From the NCBI GenBank assembly GCA_905209865.1, contig CAJLUP010000001.1, positions 16,229 to 80,228 of the forward strand: a DNA stretch of 64,000 nucleotides, read 5' to 3'. Shown here piece after piece: positions 20,863 through 30,938 of this stretch (position 1 is its first letter; the number at the start of each line of letters is the position of its first letter). Made by a program: the position numbers and the translations under genes. Below the pieces are notes generated by a model. That model was not told where the DNA came from. It searched no databases and saw only the letters and a program-made list of their open reading frames with translations. The stretch comes from an uncultured Lachnospiraceae bacterium. GTDB lineage: Bacteria > Bacillota > Clostridia > Lachnospirales > Lachnospiraceae.

Positions 20863-22929
20863 ATGAACAGAGAGGCACTATTCTGTGACGGTACGCAGGA
20901 TTATGTCATCCCTGCTGAACCAAAGGAAAACGAAAAGATCAAGATCCGGTTTCGCACGGCTCATAATGATGTGGATGAAGTCCATATTTTGAGCGGCGAT
21001 ACGTCACATTCGATGTGGAAGACTGTTTCTGAAGATGAATTCGATTTCTATGAGATAGAGTGGCAGCTTGGCGATGCTCCTCTTAGTTATTTGTTCGAAG
21101 TGAAAAGCGGAGATCAGCTCTGCTATTTCAGCAGAGGGGGAGTTTCGAATCAGAGGGAAGATTATTATGCATTTACGGTCGTTCCGGGGTTTTCAACTCC
21201 AGAGTGGGCGAAGGGTGCAGTTATGTATCAGATTTTCGTGGATCGGTTTTATAACGGAGATCCGACGAATGATGTAGAAGACGGGGAATATATTTATATT
21301 GGCGCGCCGAGCGCGAAGGTCAAAAACTGGAGCAAAGTTCCGGCAGCGATGGATATCAGGAATTTCTATGGAGGTGATCTTCAGGGCGTTATGGATAAAT
21401 TAGATTATCTTCAGGATCTCGGAGTTGAGGTAATCTATTTTAATCCGCTTTTTGTCTCTCCGTCGAATCATAAATACGATATTCAGGATTATGACTATAT
21501 CGATCCGCATTATGGGAAAATTGTTGCAGACGGCGGAGAAGCGCTTCCGAAAGGTGCGAAAGATAATATCGGCGCAACGAAATATCAGAAGAGAACAGGG
21601 GATATCCGCAATTTGGAAGCAAGTAATGCACTGTTTGCAAAGCTTGTCGAAGAGATGCATAAGAGGGGGATGCGGGTGATCCTTGACGGAGTATTCAACC
21701 ATTGCGGTTCGTTTAATAAATGGATCGACAGAGAGAGGATCTACGAACAGCAGCCGGAATATCCGAAAGGCGCGTATGTAAGCGCTGACAGCCCATATCG
21801 GAAATATTTCCGTTTTCATGATGAGAGAAATGAGGCATGGCCGTATAATAAAAGTTATGACGGATGGTGGGGGCATGAAACACTTCCGAAGTTGTCTTAT
21901 GAAGATTCACCGGAACTTGAGCAATATATTATGGACATAGGAAAGAAATGGGTTTCTCCACCGTATAATGTAGATGGATGGAGGCTTGATGTTGCGGCAG
22001 ATTTAGGGTGCAGCAATGAATATAATCATATGTTCTGGAAACGTTTCCGCAAGGAAGTAAAGGAAGCGAATCCCGAAGCTTTGATTCTGGCAGAACATTA
22101 TGGAGACCCGGCAGAATGGCTGCAGGGTGATGAGTGGGACAGCGTCATGAATTATGATGCGTTTATGGAACCTCTGACATGGTTTCTGACCGGAATGGAG
22201 AAGCACAGCGATGAACGAAGGACAGATCTGTGGGGAAATGCAGACAATTTTGTGGGCGGTATGAGACATTTTATGGCGAGTATGCTGACACCGTCGCTTC
22301 AGGTTGCGATGAATGAACTTTCGAATCATGATCATTCCCGTTTCCTGACACGAACGAACCATGTCGTGGGCAGAGCAGAACATGTGGGAGCAAAGGCAGC
22401 GGAAGAAGGGGTTAATTATGCTGTCATGCGTGAAGCGGTTACGGTTCAGATGACATGGGTCGGAGCGCCGACAGTTTACTACGGAGATGAGGCAGGTGTG
22501 TGTGGATTCACAGATCCTGATAACCGGAGGACATATCCGTGGGGCAGGGAGAATAAAGAACTGCTTGCGTTTCATAAAGAAATGATTCGGATTCACAAAG
22601 AAGAAAAACCTCTTCGGAAAGGTTCGATCAAGCTGCTTTATGCAGAGAGAAACGTACTTGCGTATGCAAGATTCCAAGAGGACGAGCAGATCGTTGTCAT
22701 ATTGAATAATAGTAAGGAACTTAAAGAGTTGACTGTTCCGGTCTGGCTGTCCGGAGTTCCGAAAGAGGGCAGAATGGAACGGCTTATGTATACATACGAG
22801 GAAGGATATACGACCGAGTATGACGAATATATAGTTGAAAACGGAGAGATTGTTATTAATATGGGACGCCACTCTGCGATTGTGATGAAACCGATACCGG
22901 AGGGAGATACAATATGGCAGGAAAAGTAG
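20863..22929 (+). CDS. GH13 glycosidase (neopullulanase/cyclomaltodextrinase-like)
   Basis: YQIFVDRF, GGDLQG, DGVFNH, GWRLDVA, SNHD, YYGDE. Confidence 0.9.
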   Translation: MNREALFCDGTQDYVIPAEPKENEKIKIRFRTAHNDVDEVHILSGDTSHSMWKTVSEDEFDFYEIEWQLGDAPLSYLFEVKSGDQLCYFSRGGVSNQREDYYAFTVVPGFSTPEWAKGAVMYQIFVDRFYNGDPTNDVEDGEYIYIGAPSAKVKNWSKVPAAMDIRNFYGGDLQGVMDKLDYLQDLGVEVIYFNPLFVSPSNHKYDIQDYDYIDPHYGKIVADGGEALPKGAKDNIGATKYQKRTGDIRNLEASNALFAKLVEEMHKRGMRVILDGVFNHCGSFNKWIDRERIYEQQPEYPKGAYVSADSPYRKYFRFHDERNEAWPYNKSYDGWWGHETLPKLSYEDSPELEQYIMDIGKKWVSPPYNVDGWRLDVAADLGCSNEYNHMFWKRFRKEVKEANPEALILAEHYGDPAEWLQGDEWDSVMNYDAFMEPLTWFLTGMEKHSDERRTDLWGNADNFVGGMRHFMASMLTPSLQVAMNELSNHDHSRFLTRTNHVVGRAEHVGAKAAEEGVNYAVMREAVTVQMTWVGAPTVYYGDEAGVCGFTDPDNRRTYPWGRENKELLAFHKEMIRIHKEEKPLRKGSIKLLYAERNVLAYARFQEDEQIVVILNNSKELKELTVPVWLSGVPKEGRMERLMYTYEEGYTTEYDEYIVENGEIVINMGRHSAIVMKPIPEGDTIWQEK

Positions 22930-23840
22930 CGGTCTTGAATGATTTGGCAGGATTCGGGAGGTGTTCGCTGACAGCGGCAATCTCGGTTCTCTCGGCGATG
23001 GGGGGGCAGCCATGCCCTTTGCCGCCAGCCATATTAAGCGCTCAGACAGGGTTTGAAAGCTATTTTTTTCAGGATCTTACAGAGCAGATGGGAAAGATTA
23101 CTGAAGAATGGAAGAAAGCAGACGCACAGTTTGACGGGATTGTTACAGGATTTATGTCAGGACACAGACAGATCGGGGAAGTGAATCGCTTTCTTGATCT
23201 GTTTCATAAAGACGGCGCATTTCTTCTTGTAGATCCGGTGCTTGGAGATAACGGAAAACGATTTCCTGTTTTTGACGGGGTATTTCAGGAAGAGATGAAG
23301 CAGCTTGTCAGGAGGGCGGATATCGTAACGCCGAATGTGACGGAACTTTGTTTATTGACAGAGTTTGATTATCATCTTGTACAAGAGGCTGCCGAAACAG
23401 GGGATAAGGAAGCTCTTTTTGCTGTTGTGGCTGAAGCTGCCGGGAGACTTTTGGACAGCGGGGTATCAGAAGTGATTGTGACAGGGGTTCTGTTTGATGA
23501 GGCGAAGCCGGACAAAACAGGAACAGATTTGAAAAAAGATCCGCAGGCGGAGACAAGACAGAAAAAGGTTGCAAATCTTACGGTGACGCGTGAGAGAATG
23601 ACAGCGAGTATATCCTCTTTTATCGGGACAAGTTATTCAGGAACGGGAGATCTGTTCGCTTCTGTAGTTGCCGGCGGGAAGGCGCGGGGCGACTGTACGG
23701 AGGAGTCGGTCAGACTGGCGGGAGAGATGATCGAACGGGCAATAAGAGACGCGGTATCTCTCGGGATTTCCCGAAAAGAAGGTGCAGAATATGAAAAATA
23801 TCTTTGGATGTTGTGCGAGAAGAACCGCAGTAGTTCTTGA
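22914..23840 (+). CDS. pdxK: Pyridoxal/pyridoxamine kinase
   Basis: NDLAGFGRCSL, VDPVLGD, TPNVTE, GTGDLFAS. Confidence 0.85.
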   Translation: MAGKVAVLNDLAGFGRCSLTAAISVLSAMGGQPCPLPPAILSAQTGFESYFFQDLTEQMGKITEEWKKADAQFDGIVTGFMSGHRQIGEVNRFLDLFHKDGAFLLVDPVLGDNGKRFPVFDGVFQEEMKQLVRRADIVTPNVTELCLLTEFDYHLVQEAAETGDKEALFAVVAEAAGRLLDSGVSEVIVTGVLFDEAKPDKTGTDLKKDPQAETRQKKVANLTVTRERMTASISSFIGTSYSGTGDLFASVVAGGKARGDCTEESVRLAGEMIERAIRDAVSLGISRKEGAEYEKYLWMLCEKNRSSS

Positions 23841-23877
23841 ACGAGGACACTTTTGGCGAGAAAAAGAAAGAAAAAAG

Positions 23878-23931
23878 AAAATACCGCAGAACAGCAGGCG
23901 GAAAAGCCTCTGTTCTGCGGTATTTGTTTTT
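23878..23931. terminator. Bidirectional terminator between convergent pdxK and map
   Basis: AATACCGCAGAACAG / CTGTTCTGCGGTATT long stem with A-rich and T-rich flanks. Confidence 0.75.
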
Positions 23932-23956
23932 GGTAAGCAATAGCGTTTTAGACGCG

Positions 23957-24820
23957 TTACTTTGTCAAGACTTCGATTCCGTCATTTGTTACGAGTACCA
24001 TATACTCGATCTGAGCTGACAATCCGTCATCAATCGTGTATACAGTCCAGTCGTTGTCTTCATCGACGAAAAAGTCCGGGCTGCCCTCATTGATCATTGG
24101 TTCGATCGTGAAGATCATGCCGGGAACGAGAAGCATTTCGCTTCCTTTCGGTGTGACATAGCTGACAAATGGATCTTCGTGAAATGCAAGTCCGATGCCG
24201 TGTCCGCCGATCTCTTCTACGACAGAGTACCCGTTTTTATGTGCATGAGTGCTGATTGCATGTGCGATGTCGCCCAAGTGCCCCCAAGGTTTTGCCGCCG
24301 CGAGTCCAAGATTGACACATTCTTCTGTCACACGGACGATCTTTTCTGCACGGTCTGAAACTGTTCCAAGCTTAAACATACGGGAAGCGTCGGAAAAATA
24401 TCCGTCTAAGATTGTGGAGACGTCAACATTGATGATATCTCCTTCTTGAAGGATAATGTTTTTGTCGGGAATGCCGTGGCACACTTCATTGTTGATCGAA
24501 GTGCAGACACTTTTGGGAAATCCCTGATAGTTAAGCGGCGCAGGGATGCCGCCGTGCTCTTTTGTAAATGTATATACGATATCGTCGATATCGGCGGTGC
24601 TCATTCCGATGCGGATATTCTTCGCAACTTCATCAAGTACTGCTGTGTTCAGTTTGGCGCTTTCTTTGATCTTTTCAATCTGCGCAGGTGTTTTGAGGAT
24701 CGCTCGTGTAGGAACGATTTCGCCTCTTTCCGTATGCAGAAGGATCTTTTCTTCAATCGGCATATGGCATTTTTTATATTTTTTGCCGCTGCCGCACCAA
24801 CAGAGTTCATTTCTTTCCAT
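23957..24820 (-). CDS. map: Methionine aminopeptidase type I with N-terminal SEC-C zinc motif
   Basis: RNELCWCGSGKKYKKCH; CTSINNEVCHGIP, GHGIG..FHE, TIEPMIN; ATG at 24820 best spaced from AGGAG. Confidence 0.93.
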   Translation of the reverse strand: MERNELCWCGSGKKYKKCHMPIEEKILLHTERGEIVPTRAILKTPAQIEKIKESAKLNTAVLDEVAKNIRIGMSTADIDDIVYTFTKEHGGIPAPLNYQGFPKSVCTSINNEVCHGIPDKNIILQEGDIINVDVSTILDGYFSDASRMFKLGTVSDRAEKIVRVTEECVNLGLAAAKPWGHLGDIAHAISTHAHKNGYSVVEEIGGHGIGLAFHEDPFVSYVTPKGSEMLLVPGMIFTIEPMINEGSPDFFVDEDNDWTVYTIDDGLSAQIEYMVLVTNDGIEVLTK

Positions 24821-24858
24821 GAATAACATCTCCTTGTTGTGTTTTTAAAAGGAACCTT

Positions 24859-26094
24859 TTAAAAGCGGTGAATAAACAGTCCGCTTCGCAGTTTCGGTTC
24901 AAACCATGTTGATTTCGGCGGCATAAGAAGACCTGCATCTGCAACATCCATTAATTCTGTCATTGAGGTCGGATACATGGCAAAAGAGATGCCGCCGGTT
25001 TGATCAGCAGCGTCTTTTAATGCGCCGAGTCCCCGGATTCCGCCGATGAAACGGATGCGGGAATCTGTTCTGGGATCCGTAATTCCAAGAACAGGAGCGA
25101 GAATGTGGTCCTGCAGAATAGAAACATCGAGATCTTTCACCGGATCGCCTGAAAACAGGTCGGAACCGGCGGTTACAAGATACCAGTTTCCGTCGGCGTA
25201 CATACCGAATTGTCCCTTTTGCTGCGGACGTACAGGTTGTGTGCCGGCAGGAATCACATCAAACTTACCTTTTATTGTATCAAGAAATTGGTCAAATGTA
25301 TACCCGTTCTTATCTGCAACAACCCGATTATAATCATAGATCGCAAGTTCATCTGAAGGGAAGAGAACGGACAGAAAATAATTATATTCTTCTTCTCCCG
25401 AAAAATCAGGGTCTTCCGATCTGCGCTTCAGACCGACTTTGACTGCAGATGCGGCGCGGTGATGACCATCCGCGATATATAAGTTAGGGATTGATTTAAA
25501 AATTTCCGAAATATCAACGATTGTTGACACTTCATCTATAAGCCACACTTCGTGTCTTACACCGTCGCTGCTTGTAAAATCATAAAGCGCAGGAGCAGTT
25601 TGGACAGTATGGATGATTTCACTGAGTTTTTCGTTTGGTCTGTAAGCGAGAAAAATCGGCCCTGTCTGCGCGCTGCATGTGTCGATGTGACGGATGCGAT
25701 CTTGCTCTTTTGCTTCCAGCGTGTTTTCGTGTTTCAGGATCACGCCGCTTCGGTAATCATCGACGGAAGCGCAGCCTACAAGTCCGGTCTGTGTTCTTCC
25801 GTTCATTGTAAGTGCGTATAAGTAGTAACAGGGAGCGCCGTCCTGAATGAAAGAACCGTTTTCGATCATGCGGTTCAGCGTTTCGGCTGCGGTTTGATAT
25901 ACATCGTCATCATAGGGATTCGTTCCTTTTGGAAGAAGCGTTTCGGCGCGGTCAATCTGAAGAAATGACATCGGTTCGGCATTTACGATCTCTCGTGCTT
26001 CATCACTGCTGTATACGTCGTAAGGAAGAGCGGCAACAGCAGGCGCGAGATCTTCGCGGGGACGGATTCCTTTAAATGGTCGGATTGTGCTCAT
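24859..26094 (-). CDS. DUF1015 family protein
   Basis: LPYDV, HENT, YIADGHHR, MPPKSTWFEPKLRSGL. Confidence 0.88.
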   Translation of the reverse strand: MSTIRPFKGIRPREDLAPAVAALPYDVYSSDEAREIVNAEPMSFLQIDRAETLLPKGTNPYDDDVYQTAAETLNRMIENGSFIQDGAPCYYLYALTMNGRTQTGLVGCASVDDYRSGVILKHENTLEAKEQDRIRHIDTCSAQTGPIFLAYRPNEKLSEIIHTVQTAPALYDFTSSDGVRHEVWLIDEVSTIVDISEIFKSIPNLYIADGHHRAASAVKVGLKRRSEDPDFSGEEEYNYFLSVLFPSDELAIYDYNRVVADKNGYTFDQFLDTIKGKFDVIPAGTQPVRPQQKGQFGMYADGNWYLVTAGSDLFSGDPVKDLDVSILQDHILAPVLGITDPRTDSRIRFIGGIRGLGALKDAADQTGGISFAMYPTSMTELMDVADAGLLMPPKSTWFEPKLRSGLFIHRF

Positions 26095-26250
26095 AGGGGT
26101 ACCTCCTTAAAATCGTTTGCCAAATAACTATACCATAAGGCAAAGTGATTTGTCACGGAAGAGTCGGATGAAGTGAGACAAAAACTGACATTTTACTTGC
26201 CCGAATTGTAAAAATATAGTAGTATTAAATTTTAGAGGAGAGAAAAATTT

Positions 26251-26817
26251 ATGTGGTATTGGATTGTAATGGTTTTACTTGCGGCAGGATGTGCCGCGAT
26301 GTTATTTGCCTCGTTTTCCGGGATCAAAAAAAGTAAAGCGGAGCTGGCGAGAACAGATGGCAAGGGGCGTAAGAAACGTCGGGATGAATATGAAGAAGGG
26401 TATGGGCGTGAGGAGGAAGCACGCGCACGTTCCAGACGGGAGCGGGAAGAGGAAGCTTATGCGAGAGAACAGCGCCAGCGGAGGAAGAAACGCCGTTGGA
26501 AGATCATACTCGAAGATATCGACAGTTGGGAGAAGTATAGTTTTACGTTTTGTGATAATATTGGGATCGGCAGGGGAAAAGATGGAAGCATGTACGAAAA
26601 ATATCTTCCGATCACATCCGACGGCAGAGTTTCCAAGCTCCATTGTGTGATCTTGCATAAGAACGACAAATTGTATATAAAAGATGAGGATTCACGAAAT
26701 GGTACATATTTGAATGGCGTCCGCATCGATCATCCGATGGAGATCCAAAGGGATGATATTATCGGGATCGGCGAAACTCGTCTTGAAGTACAGCGTGTTC
26801 TTCGGGAAAGCGATTAA
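26251..26817 (+). CDS. Membrane-anchored FHA domain protein
   Basis: N-terminal TM, charged linker, IGRG...VSKLH...SRNGTYLNG FHA motifs. Confidence 0.85.
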   Translation: MWYWIVMVLLAAGCAAMLFASFSGIKKSKAELARTDGKGRKKRRDEYEEGYGREEEARARSRREREEEAYAREQRQRRKKRRWKIILEDIDSWEKYSFTFCDNIGIGRGKDGSMYEKYLPITSDGRVSKLHCVILHKNDKLYIKDEDSRNGTYLNGVRIDHPMEIQRDDIIGIGETRLEVQRVLRESD

Positions 26818-26999
26818 AAGAGAAGACAGAAAGTGATGCGCCAAAGGATGGTGTGAGTATAAGAAAAGCAGCCCATTTTACGAGTATGGCAGAGAACTGT
26901 CAGAATCGTGGAACGGGCTGTTTTGCGTGGTGCAATATTTTGGATTGTCACATTTTTGCATGATTTTACATATAGTACCCATATAATATCAGTCCGGGA

Positions 27000-27431
27000 G
27001 TGAGAAAGATGAACGAAAAACTGCCTTATTATATGGCTTATCCGATGCCTTTTTCCTTTGATGATGAGAGGGTGGAGCGGATGGATTTTGAATATTTAAA
27101 AAGTATGTATCCGAAGATCCCGAAACGGATTCTTCCTTATGTAGAAGAAGAGTGCGATCGAATGGAATATGAAAACAGCATGGTGTATGATATGTATCCC
27201 GATAAGCTTCAGCTAAAGCTGATGTGTGCGCGGGTGTGTGATAATGTCCGGCGGTATGAGCATATTTGCAGGGAAGATGGGGGAGATACAGAAGCGGAGG
27301 ATGCAGATACCGCAGAAAATGCGAAGCTGGAGATGCAAAATCTGCGGGATTTGGTAGAAGTAATGCTGTTTCAGGAACTGTATAAACGGCGGTGCGATCA
27401 TCGAAGGTGCTGTCACCGACTTTTTAAATAG
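27000..27431 (+). CDS. Hypothetical protein, possibly sporulation-related
   Basis: 143-aa ORF; YLKSMYP...VEEECD...YD.YP pattern recalled from clostridial hypothetical proteins; start may be ATG at 27009. Confidence 0.6.
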   Translation: MRKMNEKLPYYMAYPMPFSFDDERVERMDFEYLKSMYPKIPKRILPYVEEECDRMEYENSMVYDMYPDKLQLKLMCARVCDNVRRYEHICREDGGDTEAEDADTAENAKLEMQNLRDLVEVMLFQELYKRRCDHRRCCHRLFK

Positions 27432-27652
27432 GGTGATTTGCTTTATGCAAATTTTGCAAAATGTAGATGGGATTGATTGGAGAAAATGCGTTTTAGCTGA
27501 AATTTGAGGGGTATTAATCGTGAAAATTTAGGGATATTTTACAGAAATTTTCAAGCTGTCTGTCTTGATTTACTAATAGGACGGAATGTGATAAAATAAG
27601 AAAGATATAGCAATGTATACAGAAGGGGAATAAAATAAGGCGGAGAATACAT

Positions 27653-28165
27653 ATGAAGAAAAATTTGATTTTTATAGGGATGCCTGCAGTCGGCAAAAGT
27701 ACAGTCGGTATTGTTGTGGCCAAACGTCTCGGAATGCAGTTTATCGATACGGATCTTTTGATTCAGGAACAGGAGAATAAGCTTTTGTGCGAGATTATAG
27801 CCGAGGTGGGAGACGATGGCTTTATTGAGATCGAAAACAGGGTGAATGCAGATGTAAATGCGGAAAATGCAGTTATTTCTCCGGGCGGAAGCGTGATCTA
27901 CTGTGAAGAGGCAATGGAACATTACAAAAAGATCGGAACGATTGTATATTTGAAAGCATCTTATCAGACAATAAAGAAGAGGATACGCAGTCCGAAGAAG
28001 CGGGGGGTTGTCCTGCGGGACGGACAGACGCTGAGAGATCTCTATGAAGAGCGCGTGAAATATTTTGAAAAATATGCAGACATTACAATCTGTGAAGACG
28101 GATGTCAGATAGAAGATACGATTGAAAATGTTCTGGCAGAAGTAAAAAAACTTGACAATGTATAG
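27653..28165 (+). CDS. aroK: Shikimate kinase
   Basis: IGMPAVGKST, IDTD, SPGGS, ER...Y. Confidence 0.9.
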   Translation: MKKNLIFIGMPAVGKSTVGIVVAKRLGMQFIDTDLLIQEQENKLLCEIIAEVGDDGFIEIENRVNADVNAENAVISPGGSVIYCEEAMEHYKKIGTIVYLKASYQTIKKRIRSPKKRGVVLRDGQTLRDLYEERVKYFEKYADITICEDGCQIEDTIENVLAEVKKLDNV

Positions 28166-28346
28166 GAAACCGCACTAGAATAGTGTTTTGGCAAAAACTT
28201 GGGATTTAAAAAAAGTTAAATATGTGTTAGAATAGACACGACAGACTGAAATCAACACAAATATATAGAATATAGAGATAGACAGAATATAGAGAAATGT
28301 ACAAAAAAGTACAAGTATGATAATAAAATCTAAATAGAGGTGTGAT

Positions 28347-29639
28347 ATGGAACAATATATCATAAAAGGTGGCAATCCGCTTGTCGGCGAAGTAGAGATC
28401 GGCGGTGCAAAAAATGCGGCTCTTGCAATTTTAGCAGCAGCGATTATGACGGATGAGACTGTTCAGATTGAGAATCTGCCTGATGTGAATGATGTAAATG
28501 TGATGTTGGAAGCCATTGACGGGATCGGCGCTATGGTGCAGAGGATCGATCGTCATACAGTGAAGATCAACGGAAGTACGATTGGTGATTTTAATATAGA
28601 GTATGATTACATTAAGAAGATCAGGGCTTCTTATTATCTGTTAGGGGCGCTTCTCGGTAAGTATAAGAGAGCGGAAGTTGCGCTTCCGGGGGGATGTAAT
28701 ATCGGCAGCAGACCGATCGATCAGCATCTTAAAGGTTTCCGGGCGCTCGGAGCAGATGTTGATATTGAACATGGTAAGATTGTTGCCGAGGCGGAGAAGC
28801 TTCGGGGAACACATTTATATTTTGATGTTGTGACAGTTGGAGCGACGATCAATGTGATGATGGCGGCGGCTATGTCCGAGGGTCTGACGATCATGGAGAA
28901 TGTGGCGAAAGAGCCGCATGTTGTTGATGTGGCGAACTTTTTGAATAGCATGGGCGCCAATATCAGAGGTGCGGGCACGGATGTAATTAAGATCCGCGGC
29001 GTGAGATCGCTTCATAAGACAGAATATTCTATTATTCCGGATCAGATCGAAGCAGGTACGTTTATGTTTGCAGCGGCGGCTACAAAAGGGGATGTGACGG
29101 TGCTGAATGTAATTCCGAAGCATCTTGATGCTACGATCTCAAAATTAGTAGATATTGGATGCGAAGTGGAAGAATTTGACGATGCGGTTCGCGTTGTTGC
29201 GAAAAAACGTCTGAGATGTACACAAGTGAAGACACTTCCGTATCCGGGATATCCGACGGATATGCAGCCTCAGATCGGAGTGACGCTTGCATTGGCGCAA
29301 GGAACAAGTACGATTACGGAAAGTATTTTTGAAAACAGGTTTAAATATCTTGGAGAATTGGCGCGCATGGGCGCACAGGTGAAAGTGGAAGGAAATTCCG
29401 CGACAATCGAAGGGGTTGAGAAGTTTTCTGCGGCTCGTGTGAGTGCGCCGGATCTTCGCGCTGGCGCAGCACTTTGTATTGCCGGGTTGGCGGCGGAAGG
29501 AATTACGATCGTCGATGATATCGTTTATATTCAGAGAGGGTATGAACGTTTTGAAGAGAAGCTTAGAAGTCTCGGCGGTATGATTGAGCGGGTATCCAGT
29601 GAAAAAGAGATTCAGAAGTTCAAATTGAAAGTTGGTTAA
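28347..29639 (+). CDS. murA: UDP-N-acetylglucosamine 1-carboxyvinyltransferase
   Basis: GAKNA, LPGGCNIGSRPIDQH, PDQIEAGT, DLRAGA. Confidence 0.96.
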   Translation: MEQYIIKGGNPLVGEVEIGGAKNAALAILAAAIMTDETVQIENLPDVNDVNVMLEAIDGIGAMVQRIDRHTVKINGSTIGDFNIEYDYIKKIRASYYLLGALLGKYKRAEVALPGGCNIGSRPIDQHLKGFRALGADVDIEHGKIVAEAEKLRGTHLYFDVVTVGATINVMMAAAMSEGLTIMENVAKEPHVVDVANFLNSMGANIRGAGTDVIKIRGVRSLHKTEYSIIPDQIEAGTFMFAAAATKGDVTVLNVIPKHLDATISKLVDIGCEVEEFDDAVRVVAKKRLRCTQVKTLPYPGYPTDMQPQIGVTLALAQGTSTITESIFENRFKYLGELARMGAQVKVEGNSATIEGVEKFSAARVSAPDLRAGAALCIAGLAAEGITIVDDIVYIQRGYERFEEKLRSLGGMIERVSSEKEIQKFKLKVG

Positions 29640-29645
29640 AGATTT

Positions 29646-29678
29646 AGGCAGGATCGGAATAAGTCGATCCTGCCTTTT
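29646..29678 (+). terminator. Terminator after murA
   Basis: AGGCAGGATCG / CGATCCTGCCT stem followed by TTT. Confidence 0.75.
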
Positions 29679-29708
29679 GTTCTTTTACAGTGTAAAATTC
29701 ACATTGTT

Positions 29709-30707
29709 TCAGCGGATTTTTCGAGTCGATTTTCGCACTTTTAATTCGACGGGAAGAAGGAGCTGCTGTTTTAAGACGGTATTGCTTTTGATCTGCCGGA
29801 TCAATACTTCGGCGGATAGTTTTCCCATCTCGGCGGAAGGCAGACGGATCGTTGTCAGCGCCGGTGAGAAGTTTTTAGAAAGAGCGATATCGTTAAATCC
29901 GACAACTCCGATATCCTGAGGACATTTTAAGCCTAAATCTTTTAATTGAGAGAGGACGACGATCGCCAGAGAATCTGAACCGGCGAAGATCACCTCTGTT
30001 TCGGGATGCTTTGTTAAAAGCTCTTTTACTTGAGCGGCACATGTCTTTGAATCCCAGTTACAGTTGTAGATCAGCTCAGGGTCATAGGGGATCTTGTTTT
30101 CGCGAAGCGTTTCCCGCAAGATCATCATGCGGCAGCAGGAGTCGAAGTCTGAGGACAGGGATGAGTTGGAAGGCCCTCCGATATAGGCAATTTTTCTGTA
30201 ACCGCAGTCGATAATATGATTGAAGACCAGCTGGTTTGCATATACGGTATTGTAACCTACATTGCAGTATCCGTTAATGTAATTGTCAATGAATATGAGT
30301 TTTTTGTTCAGGCTTGTAATAAAATCAAGCGTTCCCGGAGGAAGTTCTGTGATGATCAGCCCGTCCAGCTCCGCAAGCTGTTTTTTCAGTCCGGGAGTCA
30401 TATCTTGCAGTTGAGCATAGCTTACGATTAACGAAATAAATGCGTTATGTGAGGCGCAATAAGATTGAATACCACCAAGAATATCGTTGAAATAAGGGTC
30501 AGAGTAACTATAGGTTAAGGACATGATACAGCCGATGTGGATCTGACTCTTTTTTCCTGTATATTGATAATGAAGTTCTTCTACTGTTTTAAGAACCCTT
30601 TCTTTTGTTGCCTGACTTACCCGAAAATCAGGATCGTCAGAAAGAACTTTGGAAACAGTAGTAATAGAAACATTTGCTGCTTTTGCAACTTCTCGAATTG
30701 TAGCCAT
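29709..30707 (-). CDS. LacI-family transcriptional regulator
   Basis: MATIREVAKAANVSITTVSKVLS HTH; VVGFND...LTTI; ATG at 30707 after GGAGG. Confidence 0.92.
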   Translation of the reverse strand: MATIREVAKAANVSITTVSKVLSDDPDFRVSQATKERVLKTVEELHYQYTGKKSQIHIGCIMSLTYSYSDPYFNDILGGIQSYCASHNAFISLIVSYAQLQDMTPGLKKQLAELDGLIITELPPGTLDFITSLNKKLIFIDNYINGYCNVGYNTVYANQLVFNHIIDCGYRKIAYIGGPSNSSLSSDFDSCCRMMILRETLRENKIPYDPELIYNCNWDSKTCAAQVKELLTKHPETEVIFAGSDSLAIVVLSQLKDLGLKCPQDIGVVGFNDIALSKNFSPALTTIRLPSAEMGKLSAEVLIRQIKSNTVLKQQLLLPVELKVRKSTRKIR

Positions 30708-30720
30708 AAGATCCCCTCCT

Positions 30721-30927
30721 TGTTTAGTAAACATAATAGCACAAAAAATTAATTATGTAAATAAAAAAATTATGTAAATTATCAACAAAAAAGAAAGTTT
30801 AGTAAACAAAATAGGTTAAAATAACTATAAAAATCAGACAAAAATAAAATAATTTGTGAAAATTACTTGAAAATCAGGTAAACAAATATTATGATTTAGA
30901 TAAACAAAGACATAATGTTTAGTAAAC
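30721..30927. promoter_or_regulatory. Divergent control region with three GTTTAGTAAAC palindromes (putative LacI operators) and a sigmaA promoter
   Basis: GTTTAGTAAAC at 30722, 30797 and 30917; TTGAAA(30867), 17 bp, TATGAT(30890). Confidence 0.7.
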
Positions 30928-30938
30928 GGAGGTGCAGC

